Positions 1 to 12,466 of a DNA stretch of 64,000 bases are shown in pieces; positions within the stretch are counted from its first letter, which is position 1; each line of letters begins with the position of its first letter. Source of the stretch: Octopus vulgaris (lineage: Eukaryota); assembly GCA_951406725.2 (NCBI GenBank), contig OX597815.1, forward strand, positions 140,306,001 through 140,370,000. The letters are read 5' to 3'. The translations under genes and the position numbers were made by a program. Below the pieces are notes generated by a model. The model ran no database searches. It was not told where the DNA came from and saw nothing but the letters and a program-made list of their open reading frames with translations.

Positions 1-59
1 TCCATACAATATTTCAAAAATAAAGTGGAAGAAATGTACAAATTACAAAGTTGTTTGAA

Positions 60-700
60 ATAACTTGGTATGGTGATAGTAAGTACTACGGTGATAGTGA
101 TGATAATGGTAATAACGGTGATATTAGTGATGATATGCTGGGAGCTATGATACTGGTGGCGTGGCAGTATTGATCATGTTGATGATAAGTGTAGTTGGTG
201 GTGGTGGCGATGATTGCGGCAGTGGCGCTGGCGATGGAAACGGTGGCGGTGGTGGTGGTGGTAGTGTTGGTAGTGACTGTGGTGTTGTTGGTACTGGTGT
301 AACTGGCATGTTTGGCAATAATGAGAAAAAGAACAGTAACAGATTACTACAGTAGCGTCGCCATCAAAAGAACAAACAGTGAAACGTTGTTAAAACTAAT
401 AACAATAATAACAGCTGCCACAACAACTACAACAATAACTGAAACAGCCGTTACAACTGCATGGACAACAACAACACCAATATTAATAGAAGAACAATAA
501 CAACAACTCAGTAAGTAATAACAACAACAACAACAACAACAACAAATAATAATGATAATAATAATAATAATAGCAACAAAACAAAAAACAATGCTGACAT
601 ACACGAATATTAATGGTGTAACAGCAACATATAATATTAAAAATAAAAAACAATATTAACAATAAGTAAAACAAAATGCACCAACAACAACAGCAGGAAA
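60..700. repeat. Low-complexity trinucleotide region (GGT/GAT-rich, then CAA/TAA-rich)
   Basis: Runs of ggtggt, gtgata, acaaca and ataata. The overlapping ORFs are only poly-G/T/C/I/Y. Confidence 0.9.
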
Positions 701-1074
701 AAATGTGAAATAAAATGAACAAAATCAAAGAATAACGTCCAATAAAAATGAAACAGTTCCCCAGAGAAAAGGAAGAGAATTGACCATTGTTTTCAATCAA
801 TATTTTCATCAATAAGATTATAACATATAATGTTTGTTGATAAATTTATAAGCTATAAATTTGGTCGTTCCATTTAGGTTTTGTCATGCAAAACTATTAT
901 ATTAGTTCACTTATTACTTTATATGCTCTGATTGTTTTCATTACTGTCCAATTTTTTTATTGCTTCCATATAACGTGTTTTGCCTCAATAAAAATTGGTA
1001 TTGGATATTGAATTAAATTATTTTATCAATAATAGATAGAAATTTTTATTTGCACAAACATACTCGTATATCAA

Positions 1075-1149
1075 TGTACATATATTTACATATGTACATA
1101 CCTACACAGATATATACATATGCATAAACATATATTTGTACATATTTAA

Positions 1150-1205
<56 letters not shown>

Positions 1206-1327
1206 ATGTATGCATGTACTTATGTGTATGTATGTATGCATGTATATATGTATATGTATGTATGCCTGCATGTGTATTATATATATGTAAGCGTATATGC
1301 ATGTATGCATACATGTACACACACACA

Positions 1328-1366
<39 letters not shown>

Positions 1367-1385
1367 TATACCGCACACACGCATA
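1075..1385. repeat. Compound (TA)n/(TG)n/(TATG)n/(CA)n microsatellite; representative of dozens across the window (e.g. 6570-6955, 11635-12005, 19310-19625, 22680-22900, 29790-29950, 40885-41215, 46070-46350, 56860-57060, 62110-62440)
   Basis: Directly visible simple repeats, including long (ATCT)n tracts. Confidence 0.97.
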
Positions 1386-2409
1386 TGTGAGCAGTTTAGA
1401 TAATTTCGATTTTGAGCCAGCGAGTTGTTTCTGATAGACACCTACATCAAGAGATTGTAAGCAAAAAGAAAAAAAAATACAAAAAAAAACTACAATAAAC
1501 AACAGCAACAAAAGCATATAAAGGTTTATAGTTTATTCATGTTGTTTGTATCTGTTTTAGATAGGAATATTTAAACATGAATTCAAAGCAAAACATTAAT
1601 AAGTAAAAAGAAGATAATTTTTGTGACCGACTACGCTAGGGATCGAACTAAATATCCTTTCGATTTAGGTCGAAAACTTTCGAAGTTTAGAAAGGAATAA
1701 AACTATTAGTTTATAGATTTTTTATTCTACCTGTATTAATATGGCAATCTATTATATTCATATAGCTGTGTCTTCAGACAGTTCTGAAATTCTTTATCCA
1801 TGGTTCATTAATTTTGTTTTTAATATATCACGCCGCTTGTGTAATTTTACAGTTCTTATGACAAACATCTAAAAGCCATGTTAGTCTGTTTTCTTATATT
1901 GCTTCTTTTTTTCTTTTAGAATTTCATTTTAAGAATTTCATTCTTAATGACCTGACGGTCTGACAATTCTTTGTCGCTTTTTAAAGATAAATACACTCTA
2001 GGAAGGATCTAAAACATTTTAATAAATGATGGATTTTCTCAGCAGATGAGATTTAGCAGCTCGATATGTTTAGTTCTACTTTGTATGTAATATGTTCTGG
2101 GCCATATGGAATCAAGAATTAGATGATACTTATTTTGTATTCAGTACTATAAAGCCGACTGTTGTATATTGCTTAAGTTATAGGCTGGGCTCAGTAATCA
2201 CAGTGGCAGTCATGCACAGGCGAATGTATACAGATATATATATATATACACACACACATATATATATATGCCGGTTCATACATGCATACATACATTCTTA
2301 TGTATGGACACGTTCTTGTAAAAGGTGCATTAAGAATACATAATTACACTTAAATCTAACTTAGTCTCTACTTTATTGTAAACGTGTAAAGAATATAAGC
2401 AGAGTATCG

Positions 2410-2451
<42 letters not shown>

Positions 2452-3181
2452 GTAATGCACATAAAAAAAAGCAATTATATTTTTATTCTTGAAAGTAAAG
2501 CAAGTGGTTACAGTACATGGATTTATTTATACGTGAGCAAAAAGGTAAAAACAAATGCATCGACAGCAAAATTGACTAAAAAAAAGTCTTGATCTGGTTA
2601 GTTTCTTATCTTGTCCGACTTTCATCGAAGAGAGAAAGTACATCTTTTGTCCATGAAGTTGTTGCCTGTATGTATGTAGAATTAAGCGCGTGGAAACTGG
2701 TTCGTTAAATATGTGTGGTAGGGAATTTGGGTAATTAATTAATAATACATTACTCAGTGATTTTTAATTATCAGTTACTTGAAACTTGATGCGTTTTTGT
2801 GATAACCATACAGTTTTTCACCATTTCAGTTGAGATAAAATAAAGTCGATGGTGGTGTATTGACAATACAGTACGCGTTTCGGGCAAAATACTGTATTTG
2901 TGCAATTCCTTCCGTCTCGTTTTGTTCTAAACGACTAGCCTCGTGAAGATGGTTTCCTATGAAAGATGCCAAAATCAAAGCAACGGAAACCGTTTCTATT
3001 CTCACACAAAAATTCCAAGAACATCACATTATTGTAAATGTTATAGTAAATCCAATTTATTAGACATCTTATTTTAATCGACACAAAATTCCATTTAAGC
3101 ATCAAGTTGGTACTTTTTGTCAGTCAGTGTTCAATTAATATGTCAGAAAAGGAGAAATTCTATGCTGAAATTTTAATGCAT

Positions 3182-3838
3182 TTACATTAATTTGCTGACA
3201 AATTTAAACTTATCGTAGAAGTCGCATTAGGTTGTTCGTAAATTTAATTGTGAAAGCATGAACAAATTGCTAAAACTGATCGCAGTTCAGAGAGATATGT
3301 TGTGGAAGGTTAAATTCAAGCTAACCACTGTCTTACGTAATCTTCTCTATAGACAGACTGCAGTGATTCACTTTTTGAACCAGAACTTTACCACTGGGTG
3401 TTAAATTCTGGAGAAGATTGACAATTTACCACAATAACCTTGGAATGATGTCTTCAAGCAATCACATAAACATTTTGTTTCTGACATGCTAGGCTGAAAT
3501 GAAGAAATTCCTCTCTCAGTAACTCTTTAAGGAGTCTATTGTACATACACACGAACACGTAGATGGCTTCATAGATGAATGCTTACAGAGTAATCTCGAA
3601 AATGATCGGTAAAACCAAAACACAAACCGCTGGTTAAGTACTGAAATGAAAAGAAAATGTCCAGGCCGTCAGACACCTTCACGTGATTTTAATTCTTGGT
3701 TTTCTTAATAAAAATCTTTCAGATTGCTACAGATAAGTTCTAACTAGATGCAGAGGAATTCTTTACATGCACTTTGCAATATTTCGTTATAATATTAGTA
3801 CATTCATAAATTTTGTTTCTTGAATAACAGATAATTTG
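3182..3838 (-). repeat. Left arm of a ~660-bp inverted duplication (partner 9896-10556)
   Basis: The reverse complement aligns co-linearly with 9896-10556; e.g. gaagaaattcctctctcagtaactctttaaggagtc pairs with gactccttaaagagttactgagagaggaatttcttc. Confidence 0.95.
3401..3487 (-). CDS. Putative small ORF or coding exon MSETKCLCDCLKTSFQGYCGKLSIFSRI (copy 1)
   Basis: Preceded by the acceptor-like tttcttcatttcag and an agcATG start context. Same peptide as 10251-10337, with two synonymous differences. No homolog recognised. Confidence 0.3.
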   Translation of the reverse strand: MSETKCLCDCLKTSFQGYCGKLSIFSRI

Positions 3839-4715
3839 CAAACCAGTTACTTTCCACTTAAAACTGAGTATAAAAGTCATTATGTTTTTAAACATCTGAA
3901 TTCTTGCTACAAACGTTCTGTTCCATTAGTCGTCTATCAATGTACGATGCCACATTCTGACAGTAGTCCTTAAGCAACACTGTCTAAATAGAATAGAAAA
4001 TTGATTTAATTTAAAATCTAAATAAGTATGTGCCTGAATAACATGTAATTTGGCCAATATTCTCGAAATCTCTATTATTCCATATTGATTTGATAAAATA
4101 AAATTAATTCAATTTCAACACACGATTTCAATTATAAAATTAAAGTATCTATCTAGCTGCCACCAGTGATTAATTATCAATTTGCCTATCCGCACCTACT
4201 GCTACTCCTATATGTCAATATGTCATGCTGTTTACGCAATAGAAATAATTATTTCCAAAAATAAAATGCAGCTTCTTGATTTAATATCTTTTTAGAGTTG
4301 ATTGCTGAAACAGAAATTATTATAAATTAATAAATTCAAATTATTTTGTCAGGCTGTGATATACGCAATTTATACACAATTATTTCTAATTGTTTTTATT
4401 GAAACAGCCTTTATGCTGTTTCCTCTCTCTCAGAGTCTAAAAAGCTATCGAGGCACTTTTTACAGACGTTATCGATATCCCCCACCTTATCTTCAATATT
4501 ACATGTGATTAGTTAGAGCTGTTTCCATGTATTCAACTGCTCCAATATTAAATGTTATTAGTTAGAGTGATTTCCATGTATTTAACTAAAGTGATGTCTA
4601 CTGTTTCGAGTTGAATTTCTGATAGATCTATTATCAGGCTTTCTTGTTAGAGCAAATGGATAAAGTTATAACATCAGATCTACACACACACACACACACA
4701 CACAGACACACACAG

Positions 4716-4778
<63 letters not shown>

Positions 4779-5344
4779 CACATGAATAAATAGACCTCTG
4801 TCGGATTCCGTGCTGACTGTTCTAGTTATTCGATCAACAAAGCTATTTAGTTAATGTGCAAGAGTCTAAGTGGATGAGTATTCCACAGGTTATTCGTACC
4901 TCCAAAATAGTCCCCAAGCAGTGCCAAGATAACAGCATGCGATAAGGCTGAATATTTGAGTAACAGGTTCTGTAAATCTGATGGGTTTCTCCATTTCCCA
5001 TCCCATCAAACTGATTTCATTTGACCAAAAGCTGCTTAAGATGTTACACAATGAGATCGAAACTAGGACCTCTTAACAGTAAAGTAAGCTTCTTACCCAC
5101 TCAACTAAACCTCAGTCGATAACATACTTCACACACACAAAGACACGCATACATACACATCTGCACATACTTACATATATACACATATGTACACATATAT
5201 CGAAAGTGTTATGGAGACTTGCATGATGTGTATTTCCAAAGCTATTCTAGTTGTGTTGTTATTCTCCTTATTGAGTACTTTACTTCTTTAGCTTGTTTTA
5301 GTCATCATGGTCAATGCTAGTGTGCAGCACAATCTTCGTAGACA

Positions 5345-5752
5345 CTCTTTTACTTGTTTCAGTTATTTGACTGCGGCCGTGCTGGAGCACCGCATTTAGT
5401 CGAGGAAAAATCGACCCCAGGACTTATTCTTTGTAAGCCTAGTACTTATTCTATCGGTCCCTTTTTTCCGAAACGCTAAGTTACGGGGACGTAAACACAC
5501 CAGCATCGGTTGTGAAGCGATTTTGGAGGGGGAGGGGATAAACACAGACACACAAACACACACACGTATATATACATATACATATATACGACGGGCTTCT
5601 TTCAGTTTCTGTCTACCAAATCCACTCACAAGGGTTTGGTCGGCCCGAGGCTATAGTAGAAGACACCTGCCCAAGGTGCTACGCAGTGGGAATGAACCCA
5701 GAACCATGTGGTTGGTAAGCAAGCTACTTACTACACAGCCACTCCTGCACCT
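5345..5752 (-). mobile_element. tRNA-derived SINE family 1 (CORE-like CCTTGGGCAAGT segment, internal microsatellite)
   Basis: The minus strand reads tRNA-like head ggagtggctgtgtagtaagtagcttgc...gggttcattcccactg, and the tail ends aagtaaaagag. Homologous to 12007-12413 and 53100-53495. Confidence 0.9.
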
Positions 5753-5904
5753 ACAAATAAATACATATTTGATAATAGCTCTCTATTTTAACGAGTATAT
5801 CCATTACTGCCAATTAAAAGAGGCAAATCCCAATATTTTCATAGAAACCCCGACGAAATTAAGACAAGATCATCTTGCATGAATATTTCGTCAAGACTTT
5901 AAGG

Positions 5905-6125
5905 AGCAAGCTGGCAGAATCGTTACCAGGCCGGGCCAAATGCGTAGCAGCATTTCGTCCGCCTTTACGTTCTGAGTTAAAATTCCACCGAGGTCGGATT
6001 TGCCTTTCATCTTTTCAGGGATCGATAAAATAAGAACAAGTTGAGCAATAGGATCGATGTAATCGACTTACCCCACGTCTTTTCGAGATCTTGCTGGCTT
6101 TGTGCCAAAATGTGAAATCAATATC
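5905..6125 (+). mobile_element. tRNA-derived SINE family 2 (Meta-domain-like gcctttcatc...gtcgataa segment)
   Basis: gagcaagctggcagaatcgtta...ttctgagttaaaattccaccgaggtc...gcctttcatc; many copies in the window. Confidence 0.85.
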
Positions 6126-6585
6126 TCGACAAGATTTATTCTCAACACTATGGAGCCCGTTCAGAAACCGAAACACAATATCTACCCCAGCAGTTTCTAA
6201 ATTTTTTCTTTTCAGACTGAGCTCTTCCATAAACATTTTAAAACGGAAGTCAATGAGAGTCACACTTCCTGTAGTTTCGAAATATGATGGACGGTAGGTT
6301 CAGAACTCGTAATGTATCGATGCTAATGCAGCTTAGTCTGTCAACTTAAGACAGATTTATCATTCTTTATGACAGGTACTGTACTCCTGCTGAGTTTCTA
6401 GCAAGCAACCATCCTCACCAAGCTATATTGGTTGGGTAACAGTTTAGTCACCAACGCAGTCATGCAACAAGCTATATTAGATTACTAGTAGTGTTCTAAG
6501 GAGGGCCTGACAATACTCACAGACACACACATGTACACGCATATAAATACACATACACACACACGCATATACATGTATGTATGTA

Positions 6586-6644
<59 letters not shown>

Positions 6645-6662
6645 ATCTATATATATATATAG

Positions 6663-6703
<41 letters not shown>

Positions 6704-6818
6704 GTGTATATATATATATATACTTGTAGTGTATATATGCATATATATATGAATGCTTGTGTGTGTATATGTTTACCTATAAACAAACGGACATATGAAG
6801 ACCCATGTATATATATCT

Positions 6819-6953
<135 letters not shown>

Positions 6954-7442
6954 CGTATCCGAAAAATTAGTTATTAACTGCGCTTGTTCCACTTAGGTGT
7001 CACTCACATGACTTGATACAGACAAACGAGTTTATTTGATTACATTTCGCATTTGCGTTCTCTATTAGATAGTATCTAACCCATGCGTAACATACTTATA
7101 TATATGAAACACCTACATCATGTACACATGCGTACTCACGCATGCACACATACTGAGACACACACACACACACATACAAATAGCAAGTGGGTAATTAATC
7201 GAAACAGTTTTCAGAAAATGCTTACCGAAAAAAACAGTGTTGAATAATAGTTGATCGATAAAGGCCACTGTGACATTAATACAAACTACACCGATTTTCA
7301 GAATGTAAACACAAGCATAACAAACATGTATGCGCATATATAACAGGGTATGCCATTAAATCTGCATCCAGTAGTGGTCTCTGATACGGAGTTTTAAGGA
7401 ATGGGGAACTAACTCCTAGTCACTACTGTTCTAATGCCTCCT

Positions 7443-7505
<63 letters not shown>

Positions 7506-7520
7506 TATTATTATTATTAT

Positions 7521-7719
7521 AAATACATGACAAAAACACCAGGACTTACAAACACATATAACATACAGAAAATTGCACTACTAGGCACTGCACACATCCT
7601 ACGCAGAACACTTTCCATACAATAACCATCAGAGCATCACAACAAATCACAGCACATACCCAAGGCACACAGAGCTGCGCTCGGTAGTGAAGTGAAAGCA
7701 CGCTATAAAAATAAAACTA

Positions 7720-7722
<3 letters not shown>
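7521..7722 (+). mobile_element. 3' end of a restriction-like-endonuclease non-LTR retrotransposon (R4/Dong-like) within (TAA)n
   Basis: Translates KYMTKTPGLTNTYNIQKIALLGTAHILRRTLSIQ*, the typical QK..LLGTA.ILR terminus. Flanked on both sides by TAA/TTA repeats. Confidence 0.8.
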
Positions 7723-7770
<48 letters not shown>

Positions 7771-7820
7771 TATAATTATTATTATTATTATTATTATTTT
7801 CATCATTATTATTATTATTA

Positions 7821-8190
7821 TTAATTGACAAAGAAAGCAAACGATGCTGGTTCATAGATATAGCATGCCCAGCTGACAACACGGTATGCGATAAGGAAGA
7901 AAGAAAAGTCGATAGATATGAAAGGTTAGCGTGGGGGGTTAAGCAGTCGAAAATGGTGTTAGTAGTACCAATAATTGTCGGAGCCTTGGAAACAGTGAGT
8001 AAACATCTTGGGAAGTACATGGAACAAATAGGGGCTGCAATAAGGGTGGAGCACTTGCAGAAAACAGCACTGCTTGGAACCGCTGGAATACTCCGGATGG
8101 TGCTCGAAAAATAAGGGGTGTTACCTTAGTTCACTGGTAGTGCACAGCTGGCACCGCAGTACATCTCCAACGATAGAAGTTGTGCGAAGA
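7821..8190 (+). mobile_element. Second R4/Dong-like non-LTR 3' fragment (RLE domain, reading frame 7821-8114)
   Basis: Frame at 7821: LIDKESKRCWFIDIACPADNTVCDKEERKVDRYERLAW...VVPIIVGALETVSKHL...LQKTALLGTAGILRMVLEK*. Followed by a (CAA)/(GAACAA)n tail. Confidence 0.85.
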
Positions 8191-8989
8191 CAACAACAAC
8201 AACAACGACGACGACAACAAGAACAAGAACAAGAACAAGAACAAGAACAACAACAAGAACAACAACAACAACAACATCAATAATAATAAAAATAGTAATA
8301 ATAATTTGAAACTCCCTGACTGCTATAATGCTGAACCCATACTCTGTCTTTTCACCAGCACCTTCTCTATGTTTTTCTGTCTCTCTCTTCCTCGTTGGGT
8401 CACTCTCTCCTCAATACTTTTGAAGAATAGTTGATGACATAATAAACACAAGTATCTCCTCTCTCTTTCACTGTCTGTCTGTCTTTTTACCACTATCACT
8501 GTCTCTGCCTCTCATTCTTTCACTTTCTACATTACTTTTGAAGATTACTTGTTGACATCGTAAAATTCTTCCGCCGAAATCATACCTTTACAGAGCAATT
8601 CAAACAGTAAGCGATTTTTTCTCGTTAGATTTGATTAACTTTAAACGTTTCTGAAATCCCTAAAATTTACACTTTTATATATTCATAGTCATATGTAAGT
8701 TAGCTATCTGAAGCACCCTGACCGCTATATTGCTGAACCTGTTGTTGAAACCACTTCCTCTCGGCATGGTGCGAATCCACCATCTTCTTTGATGTCCATT
8801 ATCAACCTGCTTCACTTCCGTGCATACAACCACGCCTAGGCGGTCCTCCTACTCTCTCTGTCCTATTTAACTGAATTTGTGTTAAATGGCTTCCACTGCT
8901 CCCTAGTGGATTTCCTTTCCTTTCATCTAGCCTTTCTCTCTCTCTGTCTCTCTATCTGTCCCTCTTTATATATATATATATATATATAT

Positions 8990-9201
8990 GTAGTTCCCGG
9001 GTTGATTCGGGGTTAACCACAGTAAGTAAGGTACTCAATACATAGCAGAGTAAAATTAATTTATTATATAGAAGGAGCTTCTACAGGACTAGTACTGTTT
9101 CATTCAAGAGAAATCTTCAGGAAGCTCCTGAAGATTTCTCTTGAATGAAACAGTACTCTTGAATGAAACAGTACTAGTCCTGTAGAAGCTCCTTCTATAT
9201 A

Positions 9202-9207
<6 letters not shown>
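8990..9207. mobile_element. Fold-back element (palindrome 9059-9207) in (TA)n; probable Penelope-like terminal remnant
   Basis: 9059-9121 is the reverse complement of 9127-9207 apart from an 18-bp internal duplication (cttgaatgaaacagtact). (TA)n lies on both sides and the element contains a hammerhead motif. Confidence 0.75.
9074..9128 (-). ncRNA. Type I hammerhead ribozyme motif
   Basis: Minus strand: GGAGCUUC-CUGAAGA-U UUC ucuu GAA U-GAAA-CAG uacuaguc CUG-UA^-GAAGCUCC. This gives an 8-bp stem I, an intact core, a GUA cleavage triplet and a stem III loop containing the palindrome ACUAGU. Confidence 0.75.
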
Positions 9208-9233
<26 letters not shown>

Positions 9234-9529
9234 CTTCTAATTGCTGTTTCTTCTTTTCTTTAATTCTTTATTAGATTAATCAGCCGAAATTGCGAGGATG
9301 ATCTGGTTCTTGACTGGAGATTGAAGGCTTCGACTGTCCCGTCCGTGTTTTTTGTATCGTCTCCTAAATGTTTTACGTTCTTGTCCCAGCTTGTATTTTT
9401 CTACACACACACATATATATATATATATAATTAGTCTGCAGCATTTCTCTTTCATGCATCATTCAAGCACAACACTGTTCGTCCTTTTGGGGAAGCAAGC
9501 TACATACCACACAGCCTCCCCTGCGTCTC

Positions 9530-9614
<85 letters not shown>

Positions 9615-9895
9615 TATGTATGTATGTACGTATAAATATGGCTGAAAAGCAAAGAAAACAGCAAGACGAGGTGAAAGAATTAAGGAGCATTAGGTTTATG
9701 CTCACGAAAAATGTAAGAAGCCTGTAATGAATGTTTCGAACCTACACTCTTTTACAGAAAGTATTAATACAGAGAGACAGAAGCTTGAGTAAGTTAAACG
9801 GTCGAAGTACGTTGGTTGAGTTGATATTCAGTAACGAATCAGTTCAAAATTTTTGATATATTCTTTACTTCTGCAGCTTGTCTTAGTCATCATGA

Positions 9896-10556
9896 CAAAT
9901 TATCTGTTATTCAAGGGACAAAATTTATAAATGTACTTATATTATAACGAAATATTGCAAAGTGCGTGCAAAGAATTCCTCTGCATCTAGTTAGAACTGG
10001 TTTGTAGCAAACTGAAAGATTTTTATTAAGAAAACTAAGCATTAAAATCACATGAAGGTGTCTAATTATCAGGATATTTATTTTTTATTTCACTAATTAA
10101 CCAGCGGCTTGCGTTTTGGTTTCAACAATCATTTTCGAGATTACTCTGTAAGCATTCATCTATGAAGCCATCTATGTACGTGTTCGTGTGTATGTACAAT
10201 AGACTCCTTAAAGAGTTACTGAGAGAGGAATTTCTTCATTTCAGCCTAGCATGTCAGAAACAAAATGTTTATGTGATTGTTTGAAGACATCATTCCAGGG
10301 TTATTGTGGTAAATTGTCAATCTTCTCCAGAATTTAACACCCAGTGGTAAAGTTCTGGTTCAAAAAGTGAATCACTGCAGTCTGACTATAGAGGAGATAC
10401 GTAAGACAGGGGTTAACTTGAAATTAACCTTTCACAACATATCTCTCTGAACTGAGATCAGTTTTAGCAATTTGTTCATGCTTTCACAATTAAATTCACG
10501 AACAACCTAATGCGACTTCTACGATAAGTTTAAATTTGTCAGCAAAAATAATGTAA
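9896..10556 (+). repeat. Right arm of the ~660-bp inverted duplication
   Basis: Reverse complement of 3182-3838. Confidence 0.95.
10251..10337 (+). CDS. Putative small ORF or coding exon MSETKCLCDCLKTSFQGYCGKLSIFSRI (copy 2)
   Basis: Acceptor-like ...tttcag ends at 10244, ATG at 10251, TAA at 10335-10337. A possible internal donor tgtg|gtaaat is present. Confidence 0.3.
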   Translation: MSETKCLCDCLKTSFQGYCGKLSIFSRI

Positions 10557-10868
10557 TTCCAAGCTAGATTATAGCACGAGATGAATTTTAACAGGATTAT
10601 TTTTCATTTGTGTTCTGTTTTCAAATGACGATCTTAGTTTAGCTGCCACAAATATCATATGCCATGGTTTAACACGTCTGAGAGAGTCTGCGTGTGTGTA
10701 GCTGTAAATGCTTAAACGAGTGTTTGTTAGGGAGGGTTTTCGAAAAAATATGAGTATGTTTGTGCTGCTATGTGTCTCAGCTAAACGAAGAGGTACAGAA
10801 AAATTCCTGGTTTTGGGTAAAAGAAAATGCAAGAGGATTAGATAATTATGTTATTTAGTTACGGTTAA

Positions 10869-11082
10869 TTCTACAGATATTCAGCACTGATTTTTGCTAC
10901 AACGTTTCGTATCGAAACGTCAGGTATAAATAAACAATTTGATCGAAGACAGAAATGGATAATGAGTGTATATACCATATTTCAGGGGTTGTTCACATAG
11001 TTTGCTTACATGTGATGTCTCGATACGAAACGCTGTAGTAAAAATCAGTGCTGGCTATAAGTTCTATGGGGTATCTATAGAA
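10869..11082. repeat. Small inverted-repeat element (~40-bp arms 10882-10922 / 11013-11053)
   Basis: cagcactgatttttgctacaacgtttcgtatcga pairs with tcgatacgaaacgctgtagtaaaaatcagtgctg. Confidence 0.8.
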
Positions 11083-11633
11083 ACGACATTAACAAAAATA
11101 ACCTGACACTGACTTATGAAAACACATTTCGTATACTTCATAGTGTATTATGTTTGCATAATGAAGTACCACGTACCTACAAATCATTAAAGTTAATTCT
11201 GATCTTATTTAACATATTCCTCTCTCAGATTCAAATACTTAAAGCAGCAGTCTTTCAGTTTTTCTAAGCTCTGTAAAAAAACCTCGGAAGGTTGGACTTC
11301 CAACCAGACCTTTCGCGATGCCCTTAAAGCTAGGAACTTCTCAGCACCCCCTTCATGTTTCTTTTGGCATGTTATTCGTATATCATTGTACGAATTACTG
11401 CTCGACCCTCAACAAACTTATGAACAAAGACCTTCTACCCGTTTCATCCTCTTTCTGGTTATTGGGATTTAGAATGGTTTGAGAGGGTATTTGAGAGAAT
11501 TTAGGATACCAGTGTATCACAGAGTAACGCTTTGATATGTATCTATATATTTGAGTGTATACATGATAGGTGCGTCTGTATATGATATATGGTGTGATGG
11601 TGTATACAGGTATGTATGATACGCGCACACTCA

Positions 11634-11757
<124 letters not shown>

Positions 11758-11827
11758 CATCCATCTATCTGTCTGTTTGTCTGCCTGTCTACCTATCAAT
11801 CTATCTGTCTGTCTGTCTGTCTGTTTG

Positions 11828-11868
<41 letters not shown>

Positions 11869-11875
11869 GTATATA

Positions 11876-11913
<38 letters not shown>

Positions 11914-11944
11914 TATATATATATACTTATAAATTATGTGTATT

Positions 11945-12006
<62 letters not shown>

Positions 12007-12007
<1 letters not shown>

Positions 12008-12411
12008 CTCTTTTACTCTTTTACTTGTTTCAGTCATTTGACTGCGGCCATGCTGGAGCACCGCCTTTAATCGAGCAACTCGCCCACGGGACTTATTCTT
12101 TTGTAAGCCCAGTACTTATTCTATCGGTTTCTTTTGCCGAACCGCTAAGTAACGGGGACATAAACACACCAGCATCGGTTGTCAAGCAATGCTAGGGGGA
12201 CAAACACACTCACACAAACACACACACGCATATATATATATACATATATACGACGGGCTTCTTTCAGTTTCCGTCTACCAAATCCACTCACAAGGCTTTG
12301 GTTGGCCCGAGGCTATAGTAGAAGACACTTACCCAAGGTGCTATGCAGTGGGACTGAACCCGGAACCATGTGGCTGGTTAGTAAGCTACATACCACACAG
12401 CCACTCCTGCG

Positions 12412-12413
<2 letters not shown>
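12007..12413 (-). mobile_element. SINE family 1, near full length
   Basis: Same sequence as 5345-5752; inserted in (TA)n. Confidence 0.9.

Positions 12414-12465
<52 letters not shown>

Positions 12466-12466
<1 letters not shown>

Noticed and set aside
161-812. Gly-, Thr- and Cys/Ile-rich ORFs
   Set aside because: Translations of trinucleotide microsatellites; no domain or splice support.
3441-3500. C/D-box snoRNA or miR-1-like sequence (TGGAATGATG...CTGA)
   Set aside because: The C box is imperfect, the spacing is too short and the hairpin pairing is poor.
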